The translations under genes and the position numbers were made by a program. A DNA stretch of 64,000 bases from Trypanosoma brucei (taxonomy: Eukaryota), in the NCBI GenBank assembly GCA_000002445.1, contig CM000208.1, positions 2,848,001-2,912,000 of the forward strand, in the 5' to 3' direction. The notes beneath the pieces are model-generated. The model did not search any database, had not been told where the DNA came from, and saw only the letters and a list, made by a program, of their open reading frames with translations. Of the stretch, positions 23,451-35,100 are shown in pieces (position 1 is the stretch's first letter; each line of letters opens with the position of its first letter).

Positions 23451-24233
23451 ATGTCTGTTTCCCCCAAGCGGAGCCTGCAGGCGTCACATTCCTCCACTTT
23501 TGTCGGAAAGACGGTGCCGTCATATGTACTTTCACCAGTTATTGAGCAGCACCATCTGCTTTGGCAGTGGCGCACGGTGCTTTGGCGGAAGCGGCTTCAT
23601 GCCGTGCCTTTTCTTCTTCACTGGGCACCGGGCGTCCCTGCAAAACAGCCCTTTCTTCACCACACAACTGCTGAACTTATTCTCACATCAGGTCAAGAGG
23701 TGGCATCGGCACCTGCAGCAGCAAACTACCGGAATTCACCGCACCGTTTCGGCGAGCTTATTGTTCCATCACCCGCTGGAGGTCTTCATGCAACGATTTC
23801 AGGACAAGCGGGAGAAGTACACCCCCTGACACGATGGGTAGACGATTTGTTCGATTTCCCACAGCAGAGTGCGATACCAGGTGAGGCAGTGGTTAATCAT
23901 GAAGAGAGCATAAGCTCTACCGATTCATGGAGACACGTGCCGTCAATTTATCACAATGTTGTTGGATGTGGTTTGGCGGAACTAATCTTGGCCGTTGACC
24001 GGCTTGCAGCATTGCTTGCACGGCGACACATAACATTGGCTAATGCGTGCTGGGCTGTTTTAGCTGACAGCAAGGCGGATCTCAAACCGTTTTTGCGGTA
24101 CAGTGCCTTGGATATTGAGCGAGAAGTACTCGTAATGGCAAAGGCACATGAAATGATAAATGTTTCACTGGGCGATGCCATGAGGCGACCGCTTTTAACA
24201 ATTGAAGATTATCCATCGATGGCCGGATGGTAG
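23451..24233 (+). CDS. Hypothetical protein with an Arg-rich N-terminus (possible organellar targeting)
   Basis: The track ORF 23412..24233 starts at TTG; the first ATG is 13 codons downstream (MSVSPKRSLQASHSS...). Complex composition; no named domain recognised. Confidence 0.45.
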   Translation: MSVSPKRSLQASHSSTFVGKTVPSYVLSPVIEQHHLLWQWRTVLWRKRLHAVPFLLHWAPGVPAKQPFLHHTTAELILTSGQEVASAPAAANYRNSPHRFGELIVPSPAGGLHATISGQAGEVHPLTRWVDDLFDFPQQSAIPGEAVVNHEESISSTDSWRHVPSIYHNVVGCGLAELILAVDRLAALLARRHITLANACWAVLADSKADLKPFLRYSALDIEREVLVMAKAHEMINVSLGDAMRRPLLTIEDYPSMAGW

Positions 24234-25502
24234 TGGCGAGTGTTTACAACAGTGTCGGGGTCGTGTCTGATGATTGTCTCGCTCATATTAACCTCTTGGG
24301 TGCGCTTATTGTTTCCCTCTCTCCATCAACTACTATTTCATATTGTCTTCATTGACTTTTGGTCAAAGTTTGTCAGTTTGTTTTTATTTTGTTTTCCGGA
24401 AAGGAAATATACGAATGCCTGTGGAGGTGTGTGTGTGTATGTGTACGTCCTTTTCTTTCTTAACATCACCATGCTGCAACTCTGGAAAATGAGTATGGTT
24501 GCAAGCGATTACTTTTATTCGTTTCTGTTTTCCGTTTCCTCACGGATGTGTGTCAGCTCAAAACCTCCCCATTTCCTATCGGTTTGAGCGTTGTAAATTC
24601 TTATCGTCCCGTGTGTTCCTTTTTAGTTTGAAGTCACAGCACTCTCCGTGGTCGTTTTGTTCCTTCGCTTCATTAATTTTTTTCATTTTTTTTTTTGGAT
24701 TGTTTGGATCCGCACAAGGCAAGAGGCAAATTGAAAATGCAAACATGGGAGGGTGTGGTACCTTCCACGCAACACGAGACTCTGTAGTTGGTGTTCGAAC
24801 GATTTAGTCAATCTCTATAGTTATTACGTACTTTTTCCCCTTTCCATCCGATGTCTTTTGCTGTCGTTGTTTTCAAAAATACAAAAGGACAGAATTATAG
24901 GTTCAATAACGGAAGGAAAGTTTGTGAATGCAGCAAAGGCAAGATATGTGAACGAGCTTCAACCACAGAGGTGCTATAAATTTAGGAGGCTGCAGGGCGC
25001 AAGCTGGCGCTTTCTCTTTCCTAAGAGGAGAAGGGAGCGCTCCATGTGACGCCAAACAAAAAGTTCATTCACTCCCGTTCGCATCCTGTGTGATTCCCTT
25101 TCTAACAAAACCGTGCACGTGATGAGAGTATGTTCTTTCTATATACTGATTTGTCCATTGAAGTACACAGATACATATTCATAGACTGTCGTTTCCCTGA
25201 CCGCATTTCCACCGGTTTTCCCCCTCTTTGGATGGATTGATTCGATAAATCTTTCTGTTGTGGTCTTTTCCACACCCCTGCGTTACATGTACCATGCAGC
25301 TTGCTGTTGAGCTGCATCGAAGTGGGATGAAACACTTGAGAACTGTTGTGGCTTACGTACCTTTAGCTGCGTACTTCTCGCTTCTCACTACTCATTCCTC
25401 CGTATCTTCTGCTTTACCTCTCGCTCTTTAAAATCCACACTGCCAGAAACAACGAAACCGTTTAAGCGGGACAAACTAATTAATTTTGTGGGAATTGCCA
25501 GT

Positions 25503-25853
25503 ATGCCACCGCGGGCTCGACTTTTTGTTGGGCAGCTAAACTTTGACGCAACCGAAGATGACATATATGCACTTTTTGATTTCTACGGGAAAGCCCTTCA
25601 TGTCAATATACTTCGTGACAAGGAGACACAAAAAAGCAAAGGCAGCGCCTTCGTGGAATATGGAAGTACGGAGGAGGCAGATTGTGCCATTCTCGCGCTT
25701 CACAACCGCTACAATATGGAGCGCGAAAAACCGCTTCAAGTGTCTTATTGTAACAAGTCCGAGTTGATATCCGAGTTTGGCAGGGATCATGCCTCGAAGT
25801 TACACGACGAGAACCCTGCGAACCCCGCCCCACCACAACGTGTTCAACGGTGA
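25503..25853 (+). CDS. Single-RRM RNA-binding protein, tandem copy 1
   Basis: The track ORF starts at GTG; the ATG gives MPPRARLFVGQLNF.... RNP2 is LFVGQL and RNP1 is KGSAFVEY; total length 116 aa. Confidence 0.8.
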   Translation: MPPRARLFVGQLNFDATEDDIYALFDFYGKALHVNILRDKETQKSKGSAFVEYGSTEEADCAILALHNRYNMEREKPLQVSYCNKSELISEFGRDHASKLHDENPANPAPPQRVQR

Positions 25854-26539
25854 CTAGCTGAGGGAGTAGCTTATATTGTTAATATATGAATAGCAGTTGA
25901 GATATACCGCTAATGACTATGTACTTGGTTCTGGAATTTGACGATATATTTTCCCAATTGTAGCGCTTCTGCTTCTGTGGTTGGATTTCTTATCTTATAT
26001 TTGCGTGATATCACTATCTTAATCGTGAGGAGGGCTAATCTTCCGGCGTTGAGATGGGTACTTGTGTTATCGATGCATGCTGCGGTTACTCCTCACCAGT
26101 TGCTAACAAATAACACCGCGGAACAGAAACAATGATCGACCTTTTTCTTTCCTCCTGTACATGGGAATTAGACTGCATGTAATGGGTTTAATGTTGAATC
26201 TTGTACGTGTCTCTGTGTAGGAGGGCGGTGTTCGAAAGAGATTTGCTCCTCTAACAACACATATATGTGTTTTTCTCGTTCTAAAATCTTTCTGTTGTGG
26301 TCTTTTCCACACCCCTGCGTTACATGTACCATGCAGCTTGCTGTTGAGCTGCATCGAAGTGGGATGAAACACTTGAGAACTGTTGTGGCTTACGTACCTT
26401 TAGCTGCGTACTTCTCGCTTCTCACTACTCATTCCTCCGTATCTTCTGCTTTACCTCTCGCTCTTTAAAATCCACACTGCCAGAAACAACGAAACCGTTT
26501 AAGCGGGACAAACTAATTAATTTTGTGAGAATTGCCAGT

Positions 26540-26890
26540 ATGCCACCGCGGGCTCGACTTTTTGTTGGGCAGCTAAACTTTAACGCAACCGAAGATGACA
26601 TATATGCACTTTTTGATTTCTACGGTGATGTGCTGCACGTTAATATACTTCGTGACAAGGACACACGAAAAAGCAAAGGCAGCGCCTTCGTGGAATATGG
26701 AAGCACGGTGGAAGCGGACTTCGCCATCCTCGGACTTCACAACCGTTGCAACACGGGACACAGAAAACGACTTCAGGTGTCTTATTGTAACAAGTCCGAG
26801 TTAATATCAGATTTTGGAAGGGATCATGCCTCGAAGTTACACGACGAGAATCCTGTGAACCCCGCCCCACCACAACGTGTGCAACGTTGA
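26540..26890 (+). CDS. Single-RRM RNA-binding protein, tandem copy 2 (diverged paralog)
   Basis: Same architecture as copy 1, with about 16 of 116 residues different; the differences cluster in residues 56-77 (EADCAILALHNRYNMEREKPL versus EADFAILGLHNRCNTGHRKRL). Confidence 0.8.
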   Translation: MPPRARLFVGQLNFNATEDDIYALFDFYGDVLHVNILRDKDTRKSKGSAFVEYGSTVEADFAILGLHNRCNTGHRKRLQVSYCNKSELISDFGRDHASKLHDENPVNPAPPQRVQR

Positions 26891-27692
26891 TTAGCTGAGG
26901 GAAGTGCGACTTTTTTCACTTGGTATTGCTCTTTTTTTTTTTGTGGAAGTGAACTTCGTGTGCTAAACGGCTGTTATCACTCGCTTACGGGCGTGGGCGG
27001 AAAATACTGAAGGCAGCCCGCGCCACCAAACTTGGGGGGGAGCAACGCTGCAAACTATCGGGTTGGTTTTATTGGGTGTGTTTACAGTCCATTGCGCACT
27101 AAAAGTTGCTGGTGTGTATGCTTGTGGAGAGTACAGCTCATTATTAAATGATGCCACTGCATTGCTGGTGCTTTTGTATGCACGCGTCTGTATGTGGAAG
27201 TTGTTTTATGTGGATAAAACAAGGGAAGGAATCCCCTATTATGTACAAACGAACCGTGACTTTCTTGGTTGCTGAAATGGTCAACATAAATTGTTGAATT
27301 TTTTTTGTTCCTATTCTCCTAACTAACACACTACTGTGTGAAAGGATGAACTATACTTTAGATGGTTTTTATTACACCCTTGTGGTTGAAGAATGGCTGA
27401 CCTGTGTGGTATGCATGTCACGGGTATCACGGGCTTCAATTGGCACACATAATAGTCATTTTATGCAAGAGTCGAACTTAGTTACTCTTTCCTTATCTCC
27501 ACCCTGTCACCGCGTTTTTCATCATTTGTTTTTTTTTTGGCTGCATCCTGGTCGTTACCGTTGATGCCAAAGGTAAGCACCAAAGAAAATAGGACACAAC
27601 TAACCGCGTGTATTTACCAGCACACATACACTTCGCGCAGAGGGGTCAATTTTCTGGATTTGTACTAGACTCAAAACAGGTAAGTTAGACTC

Positions 27693-28046
27693 ATGTCGCA
27701 ACGGGGTTCCGCTGTCCATCGCACTCGTTCTCCCGATACGACAGATGATCGTGACTGCACTCGCCTTCGAACGGAGGGGTGGTCTGAAGATGTTAGTTTG
27801 TACAAAACACATCCCTTCACTTTAGCCTCGCAGGGAACCACGAATGGGGATGGCCTCACTGAAGGGGAACTCTACATTCAGTTGTGCAAGACTCCAGGCG
27901 GTAGTGAGCGACTTCCACCAGGATGGGAGAAGGTGTTATACGAAGGGGCGGTTGTTTACCTCGATCACATTTCTCGTGAAGCTCATGAAGTGCCGCCGTG
28001 GGAAGTGTGGCGTAAGCGGAGTGGTGCTGCAGCTTCATCTGCTTGA
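27693..28046 (+). CDS. Small WW-domain protein
   Basis: 117 aa. LPPGWEKVLYEGAVVYLDHISREAHEVPPWEVW fits the WW consensus LPxGWE...G..YYxNHxT..T.W..P. Confidence 0.65.
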   Translation: MSQRGSAVHRTRSPDTTDDRDCTRLRTEGWSEDVSLYKTHPFTLASQGTTNGDGLTEGELYIQLCKTPGGSERLPPGWEKVLYEGAVVYLDHISREAHEVPPWEVWRKRSGAAASSA

Positions 28047-28398
28047 TGTTTGATTCCTACCTTACTTCGTGAAGTGCACACAAGTTTCTTGTTTTTTCAC
28101 ATGTATTTCGGGTGGGAATTGCGTGACGTGACGCATATAAACTCCGGCTGAGGCGATTAATGTCGTTTTAGGTAATCGTCATGAAGGTTTCCATAGCATG
28201 GATCCGTGAATTTTCTTTCCGTGAGCCCTCATTTGCAGTGTTTATTAACCATATGTGGCCACCTCATGATGAAGCTGCTTCACCTTCTTCCCTTCAAACA
28301 TGCCGGTCTCCACCTTTTCACCCACTCATTTCCCGTATTGCGGTGGTGTTGTCATCTTTGAGCGACGTGCCGTGGAATGTGTATGTGTGAGGAAGATT

Positions 28399-28418
28399 AT
28401 ATATATATATATATATAT
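28399..28418. repeat. (AT)10 microsatellite
   Basis: Read directly. Confidence 0.9.
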
Positions 28419-29039
28419 TTCCAGCGGGTTACACATAGATGGGAATGAGAAGAATGAAAATTAAAAGAGAGAGAGAAAGCGATGCTCAGCCACGTAGTTT
28501 GTTGGGTGCAGTCCGACTTGGAGAGAGAGGCATGTAAAGGAGAAGAATCTCATACTTATTTTTTTTTTGCTTGTGCGTGGTCCAAGAGAGCACAGCACAA
28601 CACTTACAACCGGGGGTGCTTCTTTTTTCGTCTTTTTGATTTAGCTTTGCACTGCCCACTTGTTTGAGAGGGGAGCGAAAGAATATATTCGTATATATGC
28701 ATACACGTTGTGGAAGATTGGGAAATCCGATGCGGTGGTAATGTTCTTATTATTATTATTATAAATATTATGGATTTGAGGGACGCACCATCATATTCAA
28801 ATGAGTGAATTTAGAAAAAAAAAAACGCCGATGCGCACCTCTCTAAGCCACTGTTCTCGTGTACGTATTGGGAAACGATCGGTTAGTTCCAATGCGCTGG
28901 TATTCAACGAGTCACACATCATTTTGGTAAGACATGAGGTTGCATCGCCCACTAGTCGTTTCAACACTGTTGTTCCCTTTCTGTTTTTGTTGTGCCCATA
29001 TTTTACTGATTTTGTCACTGCCATCACCACCATCTGATG

Positions 29040-29092
29040 TATATATATATATATATATATGTTTGCCTGTTTGCCTGTTTGTTTGTTTGTTT
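29040..29092. repeat. (TA)10 followed by (GCCTGTTT)/(GTTT)n repeats just upstream of the 2192-aa gene
   Basis: tatatatatatatatatatat gtttgcctgtttgcctgtttgtttgtttgtttg read directly. Confidence 0.85.
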
Positions 29093-29140
29093 GTGCATGC
29101 TGTTATGAATTTTTTCAGTATTACTGTTTAGAGCGCAAGC

Positions 29141-32100
29141 ATGAACTTTAGGAAACTAACAAAATTTTGGAGAAGGCAAACGAGCCAGGTTGATGTTGTC
29201 TCGGGGAGTGAAAAGTGTACAAGCGGTGATTATTGTGATACATTCGTTGGGCTTTTTCGAGGACAGCAGGGGAAAAACTTTGTTTCGTCGCTAGAAAGCG
29301 GACAAGCTGCTCTTGAATATATTAAAAATGTTACGGAGCGAGGGCAGATGACCAGCGGCACCCTCTCATCCTCGACAGACGACGAGCTGAAGCGAGAACG
29401 CGAAGAGACCCTCGTTGCTCTTGAGTTATGTGTGATTACGCATCCACAGTTTGTCAACACAGACGTGAACTCCAGCAACATTGAGAGCGGGGAAAGCGAG
29501 GGAGTTTCTCCTTCAACCACCGAGAAGGTTGCACACGAGGCTGCAACGAACACTACTGGGGAAGAAGTGACCATCACAATTAGTGAAACAAGTAATGGTA
29601 CCGCTGCTGCGAGTGCCAATACACGCAACGGCGAAGCAGCTACCCCAGTCGCACATTATACACAAGAGGAGCGTAGGGCTTTGCTGTACGAATTGGTCAG
29701 CATCATGCTTAGCATTGATCGTTTTCTTTACATAAATAAAATTAGGGAGGAAATACAGCTTCAGCACCCCTCAATGTTGGTGACCCCACCACCCACAACC
29801 ACCATCGGTACGGAATTGCTGGAGACCGCTCCATCGACGAATGCCACAGATGAAAAGAGTGTTGATTTTGAAAGCGATCCGTACGTGGCGCCGCCATCCA
29901 TTTCATCCACTGGAAGGGAGTCGGTACCAGACCTCGCGTCATGCCAATCAAACCCAGGCGACCCTGATGGAGATATTTCAAATCGAAGTTTGAACAGAGC
30001 AGAAGAGGTAGTGGCAAGAATTCAAGCGATCACCACTTGGATTGTCCTGCAGAAGGTACTGCGGAGTCAGTTGGAGTTGCACCGGGAAAGAGCCACCCAG
30101 CCAAATAGTCCCACAATAGAAGCAGGAGCATCGGAAGCAGAGTATGTGTTGCACTTTGAAGAACTGTGGATCGACACGGCTCCTCTACGGTGGGAGCAAG
30201 TGGTGGAAGAACTCAAGGAGGCCCTTGGCATGCGACGGAAGGAAATTGCAGAGGCCATTATATCTAGTTGGATACTGAACAATCATGCAGGTCATGAGCT
30301 CCTACAGTGTGTTATGCTGGAATTTTGTTACGGTGCCAACTTCGAGCACAAGACTGCGGTTGATGTGGATACCACACGACCGGAAATTATTTTCATGCCG
30401 GCAATCGGGAGCAATGACAGTGATGGTCAAAACCAGTCGCTGCAGCAAACTGAGGCGTTGACTGACACGACTCCCGAAGCACATGGCGGAGATGATGTCG
30501 TTCCAGATGACATGGTGGAAAAGGTGAAGAAAACATTCAAACAGTGTATTGTAACGCCATGGGTCTGCTATTTGGAGCAATCGTTGCAAGTATTCCAACT
30601 GGAGGGGGGCAATAGACCTGGTAAAGTGTTGGACACAACAAACGTTTCCCTCTGTTGCATGGTCAGTGCGTATGCGATTTGCTCAAAGCACTGGGAGGAA
30701 GTGAAAAGAAGGGACATCTTTCATTTTTTGGAAAAATTGTGGTGCGAACAACATGTTTCTACGCAGGTGGAGCGGATGAAGTGTGTTAGCACTGGGACAG
30801 AGGAAGATACCAAGCCTGAAAGCGAGGAAGTTGAGTGCGTGGACAGTTGTTCACCGCCTCAGGCATTGGACGGCGACAGCGATGGTACTGTTACGGTTGG
30901 TCACTGCGCTGAGAACGATAAATATGCTTTTTTGTGTGGGGATGAGTTCATATTGCCAGTGATGCTGCACGAGGCGTGGGCGACGGTGTTATGCATTCGT
31001 GCTCATCAGTGCCTTAACGGCGCTGGCCAGCCACTCTCTGAAGCGGTCAGACATGTTCGTCGGGCTTGCAGTTTGCCCATACAAAGATTTCCCTTTTGGT
31101 ATTGCCAAAGGGCTCATGAAGCTATCGTACATGCGTATGTTGCTGCCGGAAACTATGCCGGTGCGATTGAGATTGGACGAGCAAATGTAAACAGAAGCGA
31201 GCGATATTGTGCAACCCATGGCCACTGCCTTGCTAGCCGGGTGAATTACCTGGAGTCGTTGCAACTGCTGGCTGAGATACAGGCTGTGTACCCTGGTAGT
31301 ACTTCATTTACCAGCACTGTGCAAACGGTCCTACAACAGGCGGTACTCTGCGAGCAAGCACTGAAGGACGTTTTGCCTGTCTATATCAACGGGGTGGCCA
31401 GCCGTTATGCCGCTTTGCGGAGGAACATCTATCGAGTGAAGCTCATGGTTCTAAAGTTAAGTTGGCGTGTTCACTATCGTCTCGCTGAGGTCACACGCGC
31501 TAACATGTACTTTCACCAGTACATCCACCTTTTAACGTGTAGAAAAGTACCGGGGCGATTGGAAGAGCAATACAACGCGTGGAAAGAAAGGGGGGAACAA
31601 CTTCTCGGAGTGGAGCACAACTCAGCTGTTTGCTTTTTCGCGCGGGCGGTTGACTGTGCTAAAAAAATTGTCAGCTCCGTTTCACGGACTGCACCAACAG
31701 TGGATTCCACTGCAAATTGTGCATGTTCCCCAGTGACATTACCGTGTTTGGCAGCAGCAGATGCCACAGACACCGTGCATCAGGAGATAGAACTTAATAA
31801 AATGGAGGCGGAAGGCGAACGCAATCTTGCACTTGCCTATATCGAACAGGCGGACCACGAAGTCAACGTGAAGAAGCGGCGGCAACAGCTTAGCAATGCC
31901 GTAAACTGTGCTTACGCAGCGCAAGGTATTTTGCACCGTTGGACATCAAAATTAAAGGCTGTCATCCCCTCTACGCTAATGATTGGTGTCGCCTCTGGCA
32001 TTGTTGTTACAACCAAAGCGCTGCTTCGTCTCGGACAGCCGCGGAAGGCAGCACTTCTGTTGGAACCACTAATCGAAGAGAGGTCGAACTCCAGCTCCGT

Positions 32101-35100
32101 ACGGCCTCCGCTCTGGACCAGTGCACTGGAGCCACTTGGTCGCCCTCTCACCGCTGGAGAAATCAGTGAGCGCACGGCGACAATGCTCGTAAGACTTAGA
32201 GCATGTGACCTTCATGCACAATGCCTCAGCAAGTTTGACGGGGAGCGTGGCTATCGAGAGGTGGAGCGTGCAAGATCCTTCTTGAAAGAGTTGAAAACGT
32301 GGGCGGTATCGGTAATTGCGGAAAGCGCCGTGGTGTACCCTAAGGGGGAGCAACTAATGGTGGACTCTTCCATGTACAACGGCATATTGGAATTGTTGCG
32401 CGAAGCGAATGCACTACATCCATTACTTAGTATCACATGCGGCGATTCGTTGGTTAGCTTGGGAAAATGGGAAGAAGCGTTGCAAGAGTACTCTGATGCC
32501 CTTTCCATCTATAGCGCCGGTAGTGAGATGGATGGTCTTTCCAACCGCCCTGGAGATGGTATCAATGAGTGTCCCTTTACAACAGATGGTGTAATGCAGA
32601 TTCAGGAGACAACCCGATGGGGAAAAGACCAAGACCGCATAAAGAAATACTTTAAAATAAAGGAATCGTTAGTACTAGCGAAGCTCGCTGAGGTGTATGT
32701 TGCACTAAGGAAGCCACTAACCGCCATTCATTACTACCGACAGGTGTTGGAGAACTCAACAGAGGTTGGTGACGCGCTGCTGCAATACAACGCTCGTCTT
32801 CACCTCGCCCGCTTGCATACAGCTACTGGTGAAACAGATGTTGCGGCAGAGCAGTGGTCCCAGGTTAGTGAACTGGCAAAGGTGTACGACGACGAGGAAA
32901 TCAGCCGTGAGACAACTCGAAACATTATTGAGGCTCAACAAACCCGCGGTGCATATGCAGATGTGATTGAGGTTGCAAGAGAACTCAACAATCTGGCATC
33001 TGCGGCGGAAGGTGAAGATGCCCTAGAGGACAGATGTTTCGCTCTCGAAGCAATTGCTGACGCTCATCTTCAACTTGGCCAATACAAGGATTGTGTTAAG
33101 CTCCTTGACGAGCGGGAGAAAGTTGAGGACAAGGGGGCTCAAAGAAAGGGTGAGCTTTTTAACATGCGTGCACGTGCCCTACTTGGCTCCGGTGCAACAC
33201 AAGAAGCGGTTAAGGTTCTGGTGAAGTGGGCGCAAGTGGCCCGGCAGCAGTCAAAGTTTGTTGAGTTGGCAAATGCTAATGCATCTCTGGCAGCTGCATA
33301 TGCCACGGCAGGCCAGATATTTAAGGCGAAGCGACATCACCAAGCTGTTCTTTCGGCGCTCGCAGAGGTGCCCGACATGACACAGGAGCAATCTGGAACC
33401 GCAATGGAATCTGCGCGTTGGCTCGTCCACCAGTTTTACCTAAATGATGAGAAGGTGCCACTCCTTGATGATACGCGCTGCGCGAGGGAAGAGAAGCGAC
33501 CAAGTGCCATGAATGATAGCTTTTTCCCCTCTTCGCAGTCTGTGAGAAGGTATGACGTTGTCTCGCCCTGTGTACTGTCCACCGCCTCCGGTGAAGGCAG
33601 CGAAGGGGAAGGTGAAGAGAACGAAGGGGACGAATATTTTGTTATGAGTGAAAGCGGTGACCTAAACGTACTCCTACAGGAAGAGGAAAAACACGCAAGG
33701 AGACGATTGAAAAATAGAAGTGCAAGCCACGATAACTGCTGTAACAGTTGTAGTAGCGGTGTTTACAGCGGAAGTAGCGAAGGTAGCAGCGAAGGAGGGA
33801 ATACCGCTATGGATGAAAGATTCTTGACCGACTGCGATAATGGCGAAGAACTACCACTGAACTGCTCGATGGTTGGCGTCGACATGGCCTCTGTGCTGCA
33901 GCAGGATGACACGGCTGTGCATACTCTTGGTGTTAGCCGCGGAAGGGATGTAACCAACGGATGCGGTAGTGATGAGGCTACAATCACAGAGAAGCCTGTC
34001 TTACCTTCATCTGACCTCTGCGGCTTGTCCCCGTCTGTGTCCCCTCCCGTTAGTAACGTCAGTGGGGATGCTGCAACCACCAATGCAACCCCAGTCCTTC
34101 GAGGCAAATTGGCTGACTTGAGGGCAAAACAAACATGTGCCTCTGTAGCTGAAACATATCACACGGACGCAGCATCTGAAGGCAGCCATTCTGGTGGAAG
34201 TCCCGTCAATATACAAGCAGGTGATGATGACGGAGCACCGACCGAGGCTCCAACCAGGGAGTTCCTAGACAGAGTGACTACGAAGTCACCTAACCCAGCA
34301 GCTGTGCACACAAAGTGCTTTCACCGAGCGCTAGAAACCATTGAGGCAGCTACTCAACTAGCGTTGATGACGGTGGCAGGGCGGCAGGGCACCATTCCCA
34401 GGAACCCTGCCGATGTTATCGACCTCGCGCTTATCTCTTTTCCACATTGCACCTTTGTGTTTTACTTCGCCGATTTCGCCACACAGCATAGCGTGATTAT
34501 TCGTCCCGCGTGCAGAAGCTTCTATCTGGAATGCCTAGTACACCCGTACACACTAAATAACTATCATTCGGGGGGTTTTCCACCACAGTCACAAAATCAA
34601 CAGGATGGGCACCGGATGATACCTGACGAAAACAACGGTGCTACTGCAGACGGCTCCGTCACATCACCAGACAGTAGCTGTAAGTGGACCTCAGGAGAAC
34701 ACGAACTTCTTCAATCCCTGCACGATCTTCATGCAGATCTTTGGGAGCCTGTGTGTTTTTTGTTGAAGAGGTCCCATTGCAGACCCGATGAGGCGGAGTG
34801 CTTGGTTTTTGTTGTTGATCCCACTTTGCTACAAGTGCCCTTTCCTGCCCTTGTCGGTCGCGGAGACAAGGAAATACCGCTGGGTCAGCAATATACTGTA
34901 CTCGTTACACCAACTGTGGTGAACTTTCTTAGGACAATGCAACATAATAAGCGACCGACGCTTTTTGGTGCTCCACAGAAGGACCGCAGTGCGTTCCTTC
35001 CACAGGGTGTGTCGTCGCAACCGTGGATAGCAAGTGAGACCACGCTCAAAACCAGCAGCCAGTTAGGGTCGTGTTCATTTCCGGCCCAGCCGATTCCGAC

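Larger units (their letters stand above)
25247..26905 (+). repeat. Tandem duplication carrying two paralogous single-RRM genes. Unit A is 25247-26283 and unit B is 26284-26905, with a period of about 1037 bp.
   Basis: About 350 nt (the 5' flank plus the first 90 nt or so of CDS) are nearly identical between copies: 25247-25593 versus 26284-26630 differ by only a few substitutions. The rest of each CDS is clearly diverged, and similarity ends about 18 nt after the stop codon. Confidence 0.85.

Noticed and set aside
25102-26372. Two minus-strand ORFs with identical N-termini (MFHPTSMQLNSKLHGTCNAGVWKRPQQKD)
   Set aside because: They are the reverse complement of the conserved 5' flank of the tandem RRM genes; the identity reflects the duplicated DNA, not a conserved protein.
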